A DNA stretch of 64,000 nucleotides from Octopus vulgaris. Its lineage: Eukaryota. This document shows positions 1 to 14,164 of the stretch, piece after piece (within the stretch, counting starts at the first letter, position 1; each line of letters begins with the position of its first letter). The notes beneath the pieces were generated by a model. The model did no database searches and was not told the DNA's origin. It saw nothing but the letters and a program-made list of their open reading frames with translations. The position numbers and the translations under genes were made by a program. Location: contig OX597817.1 in NCBI GenBank assembly GCA_951406725.2, positions 133,548,001-133,612,000 on the forward strand, read 5' to 3'.

Positions 1-560
1 TAATTGATTCAAATGCTGGGCTTCACCAAAACTGAGGATCTCCTCTGGTGAGAGCACATACTCAACGTGGCAATGATTAGCCTTTTCTCGTCACAAAATA
101 CTTTCACTCTATCAACTACTAACTTTCTTCTATATTCAAATGAGACCCACGATGAAGTTCTTACATATGGGAAAGAGTTGTTGTTACACATACATAAACA
201 TCCTAAACTGTATTCAGTGAATAGTCACTCAGCTACTTAGCGTATAGTCCTTCACCAACATATTGCAATGGTTCTTAGATATATTGTTTATTCTCTGCTT
301 CTACTACAACTACTGCAATGACCTCTGTTCTTTAGAACTGGCTGGTCTCATACCACCTCCACTTGGCTACACCTGAATTACTTGTCTCTCCTCTATTCAC
401 TTATAATGTGTTCCTCTTTCCAGGCCCCACACTTACCACTACACCCAGTTATTCCTACTCAGAATGTTTGCCATTAGGAAATTCATCTTTACTTTTGATG
501 TTCCTGCAATTTTGACTTGCAACTGTTAACACTATGAACACAACCTCTTCCTCCTGACTA
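1..560 (+). mobile_element. Decayed LINE (CR1/Jockey-group) ORF2 C-terminal relic
   Basis: Frameshifted translation gives MLGFTKTEDLLW*EHILNVA ... YQLLTFFYIQMRPTMKFLH ... FYYNYCNDLCSLELAGLIPPPLGYT*ITCLSS..RPHTYHYTQLF. This resembles the post-RT QIRPxMEYCSHIW / FYRYYNGxCSxEL..PP segment of non-LTR elements. Confidence 0.65.
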
Positions 561-620
561 AACTAATAAAAGAAATACATACATGCGTGTGTGTATGTGT
601 GTAAGTATGTGTGGCTGATC

Positions 621-1058
621 TCTCTAATTGTAGTGGGAACATGTGGAAGGGGTAGACTCAGGAAGGCATGGGACGAAGTGGTGAGAAAGGATCTACAAAT
701 GCTGAGACTCACAGAAGGGACGACTGGGGACTGAGACTCCTGGTGGTTTGCTGTGCTTGAAAATACATGTGAAACTAAGTAAAAGCATGGTTGTCCTTGC
801 ATACAGGCTTGTTCCCTGCAAACCTCTCCAGTTGAGCATCACTAATCTCATGGGTTCATAGGTGCTGCTACCCATGCTCGTGCTGTATAAATGCACTCAG
901 TACACTCTGTAAAGTTGTTGGCATTAGGAAGGGTATCCAACCGTAAAAACCATGCCAGAACAAACAGAGACCTGAATAGCCCCCTTCAGCTGGTCAGCTT
1001 TGGTCAAACTGTCATCCTATGCCAGCATGGAAAACAGACGTTAAATGATGATGATGAT
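621..1058 (+). mobile_element. RTE-clade LINE 3' end (ORF C-terminus, 3' UTR and (GAT)n tail)
   Basis: From 621 it translates SLIVVGTCGRGRLRKAWDEVVRKDLQMLRLTEGTTGD*DSWWFAVLE, the RTE-type RGRPxKTW C-terminus. This is followed by ggcattaggaagggtatccaaccgtaaaa...catgccagcatggaaaacagacgttaaatgatgatgatgat. Confidence 0.8.
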
Positions 1059-2383
1059 ATTTCATCATCATCATTTTAACATGTATTATTCCATACTTGT
1101 ATGGTCCATGCAAGAATTTTGTGAGGCAAAATGGCCTTCCTGTTGCCAATCTTTGTCTATTTCTGAGCTAGTTAATAATTCCCTCATTCTATTCAACACA
1201 GAACAGCCTAGGCACACATTCACAGAGAACTGTAAACAAATGGCACTGTCTGTATGAATGGTAACTCTTTGTTTACAGTCAACACACACATATCAAGACC
1301 TATCAAGAAAGCTGGGTATATTTTCATTGAGGACTGCAAATAAACAACATCATTTTTATAAATCAAAACTTCTCAGACATTTTACTTGATACACTCCTAT
1401 AACAAAATTTGATTTGCATCCATTCTCATACAATCAAGTCTTCAATTACAAAACTTAACTGATTCACTAGAAAAGAATCAGTCAACACAGTCAGCTATAA
1501 ATGCAAACACATCTTTAATGTTTGAATGATTTCTGTAATGAGAAGGATAGGTTTGATTATCAGGAGAAAATCATGAATATTAAGTTGTAGGTTTGTGAAT
1601 TTGAGCAACAACTTATATGATCTATGTTCAAAGTGCTTCTCTTATGGCAAAAACATAATAAAATGGGTTCAACAGTTGCATAGTAGCTGGGATATTTTGC
1701 TACAATCTTTTCAAAAAATCAAAACCATTTTGGTCAGAGTAGGATCATTTGTTCCTTTAAATAATCCGTTTGTTTTCAATGAGTTATAACTGAACAATGT
1801 ATCACTGGCAGCCATCACATCCAGTTTGGCATTCTCTTGGAAATTTTTGTTCTAGTATAAATGGATTTCTAAATGTAGAGTAATTAATTCATCTCTGGTA
1901 GATCCATATGCATTTATTTGCCCTTTTAGTGCTCTAAATACAGCCCTTTGAGAAGGCCTGGTATAAAGAGTGACACTTTGTTTACAATCAGCACAACCAA
2001 AGGGGGTACACAGTCCCCCCCCCTACATGATGAGTTTCTTTCAGTTACCATCTACCAAAGTTCACTTATATTAGCTATAGTAGAGGACACCAACCAACAG
2101 CCTACCTACAGAGTGAGCAAACCCCACTAAGCAATCTTTGTAACCTCATAGCCATAGTTGTTCCTAGAGATAAGTAGGTAGACAGGCAGTCACTGTGCTA
2201 TCTCCTTTGAGATTGATTCAAGTGAAATGGACTGCTTTCATATGTAGTACTCAATACATAGTATAGGTACAGAATTTGTTTTTATAAAACAGTCGTTGTG
2301 CCATTTTTTAAATATATATGCTTGTATATGTACTTACATGTATACTTATACATGTATGCATATGAATGTATATATGTGGCTCC

Positions 2384-2421
<38 letters not shown>

Positions 2422-2448
2422 TTATATATATATATATATATATATATA

Positions 2449-2589
2449 GGCATTAGGAAGGTCATCCAGCTGTGGAAACACTGCCAAATAAGACTAGAGC
2501 CTATTGCAGCCTCCATGGTTTACCAGACCCCGGTTGAACTGTCCAACCCATGCTAGCATGGAAAACGGATGTTAAATGATGATGATGAT
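2449..2589 (+). mobile_element. Family A retroposon tail (RTE-related, (GAT)n tail)
   Basis: ggcattaggaaggtcatccagctgtggaaac...ccatgctagcatggaaaacggatgttaaatgatgatgatgat matches 920-1058 and more than 10 other copies in the window. Confidence 0.85.
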
Positions 2590-3197
2590 ATACACACATA
2601 CATATATGTATATATATGATCATTGGTTTAACATTCATTTTCCCATGCTAGTGTGGCATGAATGGGAATTGATTTTGAGACAGGATCTTACAGCTAGATA
2701 CTCTTCCTGTCACCAACCTTCAGTTGTTTTTTCACATGAGGGATAATTATATTCCATCAAATGGCCAATCAGAATGTCACCATAAAATGTAAACATTTAC
2801 TACTTTTATATAGGGGACCAAATAGCATATGTGGTTTCTTGTATTAATTAATACACATATTTCATTTACTTTACTTTCCTCTCTATTACTTGATATCTAA
2901 ATGATGAATGCTTTAGAGTTAGACAAAGTCATATGTGTGTGTGGTTAACTTAATTACACTGAATTTATGGTAGTGAATGATGACTGAGTATAGATTTAGG
3001 GCTCAGGAACTTACCTGAATTGTATAACCAAAGTGGAGTGTTCTGTAGTTTTGTTTAGCTTTGATCAAAATGCAAACAAAATGAATTTAAAGTGGTGTAC
3101 TGATAGTATTCTACTGGATAACTGATACAGCAATGTAGTTTCAAGAGTAGCTGTAATTTAGATCAAACTTTGACTAGGAGTCATATCTTCTTGCTCT

Positions 3198-3355
3198 TGT
3201 TATTTAGGCTTAGGGCAGCCTTGATCCAGCAGATGTATGTTCTAGCAGTGACCACCCTATCTTTTATTTTCAGACATAAGATGACATAATCCTAGATACA
3301 CTATGTATCTCCTATTTAAAACAGAAAAGTATCCCTTTTGGAAAATTTGGCTAGA
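3198..3355 (-). mobile_element. Family D old dispersed repeat (SINE-like, (AAC)n tail)
   Basis: Reverse complement resembles the copies at 6650-6870 and 37640-37805 (gatgg..tggtcac.gctggaatg..tttgatcataggt..gct..atca..gctgacctggggctaaac). Confidence 0.55.
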
Positions 3356-3659
3356 GGCCCTTTCATTGGTTTTTATGCTCCTTTTGTTAGATGGCCTTTT
3401 TATTTGAATACATTGGCTATGTAATATAGATGATCAATGAATATGAAGCGTATGTAGCTTGTTAGGATATGGAGAGTCTTGCTTTGATTTTGTGTAACCT
3501 ATTGTGGTTTATGTTACTAGTACTATAATTAACAGAATCCATGATGAATTATTTGTACCATATGTTAAGTAACATAAGTTTCCTTATCTTTTTTTCCCTT
3601 ATTTACAGTATGTCAGTTAGGGCTCATAGTATTCTTTAATCTTTGTATATATATTTTTG

Positions 3660-3880
3660 CAGCCGCCATGATTGACTGCTAAGTCCAAAAGTTTTTTATT
3701 CTCTCATTTTATTCTCTTTTTATTCTTTCTGTTTATTTCCTCGTGTTCCTTTCTGTTGAAGAGTGTAGGCTCGAAACATAAAAGACTTTCTCATCTTCCT
3801 GAATATTAAACTAATACATCTGTTTGTTGTTTATACACCTGTCTTCGTCTTTTGTTTTTCTGTAAATTTCAACTATATAT
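3660..3880 (+). mobile_element. Penelope-like pseudo-LTR fragment with decayed hammerhead
   Basis: Hammerhead relic at 3749-3784, then a pyrimidine-rich tail ending aac+(TA)n. Same architecture as 24800-25010. Confidence 0.55.
3749..3784 (+). ncRNA. Minimal type I hammerhead ribozyme relic
   Basis: cttt-CTGTTGA-a-gag(tgtagg)ctc-GAAAC-ATA-aaag. Stems I and II pair; the core has A6>T and the triplet reads ATA rather than GTA. Confidence 0.55.
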
Positions 3881-3996
3881 ACAATATATAATTCCACACA
3901 CACACATACACATACATACATGTGTGTATATATACATATATACATATATATGATATACATTACTTCATAAATATACATATATATATATATATATAT

Positions 3997-4169
3997 CATC
4001 ATCACCATCATCCAGTTTCAACACTGGCATAGGTTGGACAGTTTGACCTGAGTTGGCAAGCTGGAGAGCTGTACTAAGTTCCAGTCTTATTTAACTTGGT
4101 TTCTATGGCTGGATACCCTTCCTAACACCAACAACATTACAGTGTCTGCTGGGTACTTCAAACGTGGCA

Positions 4170-4231
<62 letters not shown>

Positions 4232-4277
4232 TCATCATCATCATCACCATCATCGTTTAACGTCCGTTTTCCATGCT
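3997..4277 (-). mobile_element. Two family A tails flanking a (TA)n tract
   Basis: (ATC)n followed by the reverse complement of family A at 3997-4171 and 4229-4277; (TA)n at 4172-4229. Confidence 0.8.
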
Positions 4278-6649
4278 ATAGACTCTGATGTCTATATAAA
4301 TCTTTGTAAGTGAAAAAAATTCAAATATATCTCTTTTGTAATTTCGAAAGAATGATACAACAGGATGGTTGTAGCCATTTGTAGCAGTTTTTCAAAAATA
4401 GTGCTCAAATGAGACCATTAAACTGCAAATAAAATGTTGAAATGGAATGCCTATTGTAATTTTTGCAGTGTGGAACTTCTGAAATAAAATTGAGTTTATA
4501 TTTTGTTTTTACTAGTACAAATGTAGATAGTTACTCACTAAATACTGGTAAAATGTCTCAATTCTTTATAATTCTAGGGCAACAGTTTAGTTGGGTTTTT
4601 TATGAGTACACAAAATAAGAAATTGATTTTCATCTTAATTATTTGATCAATATAATAATGGATATAATGTTTTACTGAGTATGACATCCTTTTTATCATA
4701 ACTTGGTAAAAAATATTGCTATGTTAGTGTTTACAGGCTTCTTGAAAGTGTCATTCTCATTTATTGTGATGTCATTTTATATATTAAATTAAATTTAAAG
4801 AATAAAAGAAACTGATCTGAGGAAGTTAAAATTTTTTGGCACTGAGTTAGCTGGTATTCTGAGAACCCTTGATACCATAGATCATATCTATGCAAAACAT
4901 TACTAAAGTATTAGTTTTGGCCTTTATTAGTTCTTTCAAATAGACCTAAATTGGATCAGCATTACACCAACCATGCTTAAGTTACTAAGTCACATGTTAA
5001 GTTACTAAGTCACATTGAGGTTAATGAGAACAAATGGATTTGGTCAGGTTGATGAATCTGGTTTGTAGGCCTGTAACAAATTTCTCAAAAAATTCAGGAC
5101 ACGTTTAGGGAAAAAGATAGGTCAGATTTGAAAAACACATCCACCAGGTCTTGGTTGATTTGTGATGAAGAAGTTAATCAGCAGCAAAAACAGACTATAT
5201 CATGGAAGAAAAATTGCAGAATAGGAGACATTTCACAAGATATTGCTCCATTAGAGAAGAAGGATCTTTGAGAGAAATAGATGCCTTAGTGAATTATATT
5301 AAATTAAAATCTGATACTGAATATAAGTTATCAACTTCTGAATTACTTTTCTGCATCATAGTTCTTGTCAAGTAAATTTTTTTCAGTTATGTTTGTAAAG
5401 CATACTTAGTCTATGATACAAATTATGTCTTGTAAACTCTTATTGACTTTACTTTCTTATTTCATAAGTTATGTTACTCCTGTCCCAACTCTCCCATATT
5501 CCCATGTTTCTTTAGAAAATAAAAAAAAACACTTGGATATTTTTGTTATAAGCAGAAAATGTAACAAAGATTTAAAGAAAATTATCAGATAGGTAAAAAT
5601 TGGAAAAATGTATATCAAATATCAATAAATTTTGGCAAAGGATAACATTTTGAAATCTAATTGTTAATTGTGCATATATCTTGAATTTTCAAGAGCAAGT
5701 AGCCTTTGAATTTTACCTTGAGCCCTTTTTCCACAAAATCACAACAGTTGTGTAAAACATTGTAAAATCTGAGTAAATTTTGCTGGACAAAGTAACAAAT
5801 TAATCACCTGGATATAAATAAATTTTATACTTTAGTTTCTATTTTTATCCATTGGATGACAAAAAGCCATTTATTTTGTCTCAAAATGAAATTTTCAAGC
5901 CATTCTTTTATTTTTAACATATTTAATTTTCCACATATTCAATTTTCTACATATTGAAAATGTCATAAAATTTCTTCAATTTGAGCTTTTTTTATGTTAG
6001 CTTAGACATTGATTGTACTTTTAAAAAATTACATCCAAACATACATTTGGACACCTTCAATTTTTTGAAAAGTTCAGCACTGGGCCTACTAGCAGGTCAA
6101 CTGACTGCATAAAGGCTTCATAGCTTATTCATTATTTAAACAATCTACCTAGGATGGGTAAAATTCCCGAGATCCAATTTAAACAATATTAAGAAATTTA
6201 CCACATATTTAACAATATTTTTTAAAAATTCAATCAATTTTTTTTATTGCAAGCATATGGTAAGTATTATCATTGTGATTAATGGTTTTTGTATATCTTA
6301 GTCAAAGAAAGATAATGTCTTTTCTAGACCTGTCTTCATACAATACTTAGAGACTTTGTAATCATCAATGCTATTAGTGCAACTATATTAATATCAAGGA
6401 TTTTGTTCTCTCTATTTATACAAGAAGTTCTAGTAGTGGTGGTGTATTACATTATGCTCTGCTATAAAATGTAATTACTTGTTGCTAATTACAAAAATGC
6501 TATGTGTGACGAATTAGAACCATTTCATATATTGATAATGTAACTTATTTGTCAAATGAATAATTTTGTAGAAGTTACTATTTCAATTGTTATAATTGAA
6601 ATTATTAGCAACAGCTGCAGTACACTAAGTACCATTTATTATGACAACC

Positions 6650-6870
6650 CATCGAGAAAGCTTCTACATGGTCGTTCAACCTGTTGGAAATAGCAGTCAA
6701 ATAATCTTCCAATTAGACTCTCACAGAACCACTTTTCTTTAAAATGGTCACATTATATAATATAATCCTAGATACAAGGTGTCCCCACTGAAAAAGATGG
6801 TATGGTCAAGGCTGGAGTGCCTTTGACATTGGACTGTTCAATCATAACTGACTTGGGGCTAAATAACATC
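6650..6870 (+). mobile_element. Family D old dispersed repeat
   Basis: gaaatagcagtcaaat...aaaagatggtatggtcaaggctggagtgcctttga...ctgacttggggctaaataac. Further degenerate copies lie near 9352-9535(-), 12390-12610, 15320-15500, 20010-20180(-), 37160-37550, 54200-54365 and 56300-56470(-). Confidence 0.65.
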
Positions 6871-7970
6871 AGCAGACAAGGATGTGGGTGATGTTGATGA
6901 CGATGATTACAATAGCTGATGTGTTTGTTATATCTCAGATAAACAGAGCAGTGGCTGCCTTTTGTTTTAAATTATGACATCAGATGTTATCTGCATTGCT
7001 GTTGTTAATCTTGCTGCTGCTATTGTTGCCAATCTTGCTGTTGCTGCTGTTACTCTAGTCATTGTCATCTCTTCATTTGTCAAGCTATCATTAATGTTGC
7101 TATTCCTACTGTCGCTACTACTGTTCTTATTATTTTACTCATTCATTGTCATCACTGCATTTGCTAAGCTATTATTAAATGTTGCTGTTGTTTTTGTAGT
7201 TGCTGCTGTTGATGTTGTTGTCCCTATTGTTGCTACAATGCTTTAGCTACAGTGGTATCTCTCTCAACTATCAGAACTTTTTTTTTCCCCCCATCAATGT
7301 ATTGTGATATTTCGAAGGCATTTTCCTCCTCCTTTACTATCACCAGTGTATACATATCTAACTTACACAAAACATATAATCAGGATTCTCAGTATGTATG
7401 AGAATCAGCATTAGAATATGTACAGATGTACACAAATTCATATATGCATTTTTGAGTGTATGTGTCCATGTGCATTTGTATACAGTTTATTTGCATATAA
7501 AGGTACAGACATCTGTGATTATGTATGCACACTTTTATGGATACATATGTGCCTGAGTACATCTATAAGACTGTTTTTATGTATATATATATATATATAT
7601 ATACACATATATATATCTCTGTGTGTGCATTCACATTTATAAATGCATTATGCACAAAAATGTGCATATGTTTGAGTGTGTGTGTGTGAACATAACTTGG
7701 AACAATTCTTTCATCAGAGAGCTTTGACTTGAAAAGAAATGTGTTGCAAATGTATAAAAAAGCTAAATAAGAAAGGAAGAGGGAGAAAATATACAAGGGA
7801 AAAAACAAAATATACAAAGTATATCAAATGAAAACACAGATACAAAAAAAAAGTACAGAATGAAGAGATGAAATGTTGAAGAAAAAAACTTCTCTTTGAA
7901 TCCATCAAAATACCTTCAACATTTACAAAGGTAGAACATTTATCAGGAGGTGGATGTATGGTGTGTGTGC

Positions 7971-7972
<2 letters not shown>

Positions 7973-8019
<47 letters not shown>

Positions 8020-8368
8020 TGTGTGTAAAATGTATGTAATTCATCAATGTATTTATTTTGTTTATATATTTTGTCTTGAACGATCTACTTCTAACTTGTT
8101 CTTTTCTAATTTTTTTTATTCCTCCACCCTCTTTCCATAATTCTCTTCAACTCTTTATCTTCTCTCTCTCTCTCTCTCCCTCTTTCTCCTTCTCTCCTCC
8201 CTCTTCATTCTTATTGCATATTTCTTTCCTCTCATCTCCACTTTCTACCACCCTCCACTCCCTACATTTTATAATTGGCTTTTATCATCTTTAACACAAT
8301 TTGTATCTTGTTCCTTCTACTGATTACAAACTTTTCTCTGCCCCAAATCACCCCACATAAACCTATTC

Positions 8369-8401
<33 letters not shown>

Positions 8402-8509
8402 CTCTCTTTCTCTCTCTCTCTCTAAATGGTTTCTATTCAGACTGAGAGAACTTACAATTTTGCATCAATAAGGAAAAAAAGAACAAAGTTGGAAAACAAC
8501 TACCAGAGG

Positions 8510-8548
<39 letters not shown>

Positions 8549-8648
8549 TATGTAGCAAGAAAAAAGAAATTAAGATAAGAAAGAAACCAATATAAATAGT
8601 ATATTCAGAGAAAAATATAACTGGAAAGTTCATACATTCATGTGTGTA

Positions 8649-8679
<31 letters not shown>

Positions 8680-8845
8680 ATGCGTGCATGTGTGTACATA
8701 CATCACTTGTACCATAAGTAAGGCAGCATTTAACATATTAATCATTAAGTCTGGCATTACCTGTGGGACACCTGTGTATTGCGTATTTGAGAGAGTATGT
8801 GTGTATGCAAGAGTGTATGTGTGTATATGAGAGAATATATGGTGA

Positions 8846-8876
<31 letters not shown>
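7973..8876. repeat. Microsatellite cluster (TG)n, (TC)n, (GA)n
   Basis: Directly visible tracts at about 7973-8026, 8370-8422, 8512-8547, 8641-8675 and 8848-8876. Confidence 0.95.
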
Positions 8877-8880
<4 letters not shown>

Positions 8881-9899
8881 GATAGAAAACAGAAAATGCT
8901 TTTTTTTTCAATACAAAACTAAGGATTTGTGAACATGAAGTCTATAGTGTCCCAGAAAACCCATTACCTAATGATGTCAGTATTTTTGATTCAGAGAATA
9001 GGGTCCATTAACAAGTGCCATTTTATTTCAAATTGATTTCTTTTTTTACTTTCTTCAATATTTATTGTCATTGTATTTTACTTTTACTTCATTCTTTCCT
9101 ACTTTGGCAGAAATGTTCTCTGAGGGAATTTTATAGAAACTGTTATTGTTGCTGTTATTTTTTTCCTTAAAGGGCAGTGAGTTGATAGAAAAATGTAGAA
9201 TGCTTGAATTTTGTTTTATCCATGTATTTTCAGTGTTCAAATCTCAGCAGTTAATTTTTTCTTTCATTTCAGAAAAATAAGTACTACAATTGTCACCTTA
9301 TACAATTAGTAGCCTTGTCACACAATTAATATAGGTAGTATTATAAATGTTTTGTTGTTCAACCTAGGTCAGTCCTAATCTTGCTGACCTTTATAATCAA
9401 GGACGTTTCAGCCTTGACCATTTCACTTATTGAGACATAGTCATTCTAGAACTATATTATCCAACGAGATCTTCCTTTCTCTAACATAGTATAAAGTGGG
9501 ATTTGAGGGCGGTTTAGTTGTTATTTTTAATAGATCATTGTCATTGGTTCAAAATTTGTAGAGGTTATCATAGGTGCTGGTGGTGTCAGTATTGTTAATG
9601 TTATCATAAGCAGTGATGATGGTCATGGCTGGTTGTGATTATGGCACCAGCAGTGGCAAGAACAGTACTATTTTTAATGTTATTGTTAATATTGTCATAG
9701 TGTGATTGTAGCTGTGTTGTTGTTAAAGTTATTTTATAAGATTATTTAATGAACAAAACAAGAGAAATGCCCATGATCTTTTCAGGTACTCTAACACTGG
9801 TGAGTTAATGAATTTAATGTCTGACTTGAACTTTTGGTTAATTGCTTAAAATCAAAATGTAGCAGTCAGGGCTTCTAAAGAACAGCAGTTCTGAATAGA

Positions 9900-10200
9900 A
9901 AAGATTAGGCAGTGTTTAATGTAAGGTTTATAGGGTATGATACATTAGAGATGATGAGTTAAGATAATGTGAGAGGGACTTAGGTCAACATGGTGCATAA
10001 CTTGCCAGTTCAAAGAAACCGAAGCTATTGTAATAAAGATATAAAGAGAAGTGAAATATGTTGTGGGCTAGTGGTTGTAGCATGCTGGCAAGGGAAGTTT
10101 TGGCAAACAGCTGTATGATGTTATTTTGAACATTTGCGCAGCAGCTACATTGTGTATGAAATGTAAGCAGCATTTCAACGTGAATTGTTGTTGGGCTTCC
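9900..10200 (-). mobile_element. Decayed LINE ORF2 C-terminal relic, same type as 1-560
   Basis: Minus-strand ORF 9985-10173 reads VQNNIIQLFAKTSLASMLQPLAHNIFHFSLYLYYNSFGFFELASYAP, resembling LQPLxHRR..SLFYRYYNG.CS.ELA. Confidence 0.5.
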
Positions 10201-11656
10201 TAGTTGGCCTGCAACTGAAGAAGTTCTAGTTTGGGTGCCATCCTAGATTTATATAATAATTATCACTTATTTTTTATAATTGACTGAACCTGCCTCTTAA
10301 AAGAAACTTGTTGAGCTTGGCAAAAGGAAATGCTTTTAATTCTAGATAGCATAAAATATGCCAAAATACAACTGTTAGTAAAGTGCTCATGTATGTATGC
10401 ATAGAAATACATATTGACATCATAAATTGTATATAAATGCATGTCTTGGTTATAAATGATAAAACTTTGGTCTGGTTGAACCAGGTTTTCAACATAGGTT
10501 CAGTTTCTTGTTGGAACCACTTCATTTGTATTATTGATGTGAAAACAAATGCATGGATGCTGTAACGCACAATAATGTGTATCTGCACAGTGAATGTGGG
10601 AATAAGTAAGAAAGAAAGAGAGAGTATATGTTTGCTTGCAGGTGTCTTCATGGATGAAAAGGAATTTTCGTTCTTGTATGATTTCCAAAAAAAAAAAATA
10701 TTGCAATTCTGTTGTTCATGATGATGATGATGGTATTGGTAATGATTTTTATCTTAAACACTTGGTTAGGAGGGGGTGGTCAATGAAAACACTACATTAC
10801 TTAACTAGTACATATTTTATGAGGTTGAGTAGTAATAAGAAGTGATCCATGGTGTTGAAGTAAAGTAGAATATTCGCTGTGAATGAAAGCAATAAGACTT
10901 ATACAAATAAGGGCTTTCTCTGTAATGAGGCACAAAGTTTAAAGCTGTAACATTAAAAAAAAATTTTTTTATTTTTTTTTGCTGTGATAAGTGGTACAGA
11001 TTGTTGAATCAGTCCCAGTTTATTACTGCTATAGATCTTATTGATCCTTTAGAGTTAAATGGTAAAACCAACTGCAACCAAATGGTAAAACCAACCTGAC
11101 TTAATAATCAAGGCATCAAAGTAGATGGTGCAAAATGTGCATTTAGACAGCTTAAGTTAGTAATATAACAGTGAAGAAGGTGAAGATGGAGAGGGTGACA
11201 CAATCATTGAAATGATGGTGTGTTACTGCTTATGGGGATAAATACATTTTGGATGATAATGAGAATATAAACAATGACAATAGTTGCTCAGTGGTAGTTG
11301 TTTGTACCACCACATCAATCCTGACCTAGTTCACCTTTGTTGAAAAGCATTTCAACTGTGATTATCCACTTTTCCAGTTACAGTATTTTGAAGTTATAAA
11401 AGCTCCAAGAAATCACACCCTCACCTCTTAAAAATGGAAATGACACATTGGATAATATAGTTTAATGGATAATCATCATTATCATCATCATCATCATTTA
11501 ACACATTTTTTGTAACTAGTTCTAACAGATGGAGTCTCCTTACAGAGACTACCTTGCTGTGCAATTGTAGCAATGTAAAGATGACATCTACATAGTCACT
11601 TGATTTGTTAAACATAAAAGATAACACTCTACTATTTTTACAAAAGGAAAAGGTTA

Positions 11657-11932
11657 TCATCATCATCATCATTTAACATCCATATATGATACCAACATGG
11701 GCTGGACAGTGTGACAGGAGTTAGCCAGCTGAAGAACTGCCCAGGCTCCAGTTGTCTGCTTTGTCATGGTTTATACAGCTGGGTGCCCTTCCCAACATGA
11801 ACCACTTTACAGAGTGTACTGGATGCTTTTTTTCATAGCACTGACAAGGCACTGACATGTGTGCTTTTATGTGGCACTGACACTTGTGCTTTTATGTGAC
11901 TGCAGTACAAGTACTTTTTATGTGGCACCAGC
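11657..11932 (-). mobile_element. Family A copy with internal short tandem repeats
   Basis: (ATC)n tail, family A body, then gtgcttttatgtggcactgac repeated with a period of about 26-27 bp. Confidence 0.8.
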
Positions 11933-14164
11933 ATATTAAATAATATTATCCCAGATACATCTAAAATAATAGAAGAGTCATGCCTTAGATCATAGGTCTG
12001 CCCAGTTATAGTTAAGCTGGGATTAATGATTATTATTGTGACCAGGGTTACTAGTGTTAATAAAATCTTGAAGATATGTCTTTGATTTTCCTAAAATATG
12101 AATAGTAAATACTTTAGTTTTGAAGAGTAACCTGTAATATCAAAATGAAATGTATGTAAACACTATGTTCCCTAACTTTATATATAATGAATCATTTAAA
12201 TATCATAAATGCTGTGCTTTATCAATACTATTAACAAATATTTTAAAGTGAGAGACAAGAGTGGTAATGAAGATAAATTCTGTAATGTAGCAGAATGTAG
12301 AGGTACCATTGAGGACATAATATGTAGAGTTTATTCTGCTCCAAATTACATAAACCAAATTGAATTTAGCACTGTAAGTTAATGTAACACATCTCCATTG
12401 TGTAGTGTTTCTGCTGTTTGCTAGTGAGGGAACTTCTGTGTGGTTGACCAGATAGAAATTGCTGCCAAGTCCCACTTTACAGCCTTAAAAATGACCAAAA
12501 TACTTTGAATAGTAGAGTTCTAGATATGCAATACCAATAGAAGGATGAGATACTTATAGATAGAGCATATGTTTGCTCAGCTAGGACTGGCTGGAACTAA
12601 GCAACAACATATGGTTTATATTTACAGTTAATTATCTGGACTATATTAATAGGAGTTTCATAACCTCTGAAGAATGCTTACAACATCATTATAAATGCTG
12701 ACACTTCATCTAGTGGTCCAGAACCTTAGTGAATTGCAAAACCTACACACTACCTAGCCCTAAAGAATCTATTTCTGAGTCCTAATGTCTCAACAGCTAA
12801 TATATACTCAAATTCATACTTCAGAACTTCCAAGGAAACTCCCAAAATTATCCTTTATCATTTCTTTTTTAAACAAAAGGAAGCAAAAAATTAACATGGC
12901 AAATGAACAAAGAGATAAAGTAAAATAATACTCCTTGTCATAAATCAATAACACCCTGTTAGAATTCTCATATACACAATAAACACTTGACCTTAAACAG
13001 TGTAAATATGTCTTTATGAACATCTATACCTTGTTTCCATTTTACATAAGCTTATACAAAATGTTGCTACTCAAAGCTGTTTAACCAATGTTTATTTGAG
13101 TGGCACAGATTTTGGCAGAAGAATTAAAAAAAAAAATCAAAACAGAAAGGAATATAATAAAATGATGGAAGATATATACTTAAGCCTTCCTTCCACCCTA
13201 TCTCTTTCATCCTCTTCTTCTCTTGTTTCTTTCTCTCTCTCTCTCCCTTTCCCTTCTTCTCTTGCTCCTCATTGATAAAATGATGTTTTATTGACTTGAA
13301 ACTCGGCCAATATTTGTTAATAAAATTGACACTAATGCTCATTTTTTTAATGAAATTATTTTCAGGAAACATCTGAAACAAAGATGTGATGTTATTATTG
13401 AGGTTGGGGTTATGATGGTAGTGGTAGTGGTGGTGGCGGTGGTGGTGGGAGTTTAGTGCCTGGTTAGGTGTTTGATTTAGTAGTTGTAAATTTGGAAAGA
13501 GAGTAAACAAGGAACATTCTTTGTAGAATCAGTTTCTATAGAGAGAATTCCCTTCCTATTATTTCAAAGCTATTATTTATAAAGATGTGTCAAGATAAAT
13601 ATTGTTTGAGACTTTGCAGAAAGAAGACATTTTGGTGATGGGGTGTTAGAAGGATGTAATCTAGATGTAAATGAATGAATGAAACTAGGTGCTTGTAAGA
13701 ATATGTATATGTATGTTTGCATAGAGTGTGTGTGTGTTTATGTGTTTGTATACAAAACAATAGAGCATCTTTCATCCATTTCTAGTTAAGGATATAAATG
13801 ATATATAACCATATAGAGGGCCTCTGTATGGTTGCACTAGCTACTAGACATAGCAACCAACTTTAATTATTGTTCTGTTTTGAGCAAAACAGGATACATC
13901 ATAACCATCACCATCGTCACCATTTTATATCTTCTTTCCATACTGGCACATGTTTGCCATTGTCTAGCAAAATGAGAACAGTTTAGTGTGGCATGCACTT
14001 TGGGGAATATGCCACACTAGTTTATTTTCATTTTAGCATGATCTTTATGGGTTGACACCCTTCCTAACATCAACCACTCCACTGAGTTAATGTAATGTAT
14101 TTTATCACGATACTAGCACTAAGGAGGTTGTCATCTCAACAACTCTTAAGTTCCTCTAGACTTT

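Noticed and set aside
4977-5015. Short tandem duplications (also ~11058-11097 and ~54041-54098)
   Set aside because: Ordinary local slippage duplications.
6974-7246. Hydrophobic 90-aa ORF resembling a membrane protein (similar cases at 38166-38348 and 55353-55647)
   Set aside because: It derives from degenerate GTT/GCT/GAT trinucleotide repeats; there is no splice or homology evidence.
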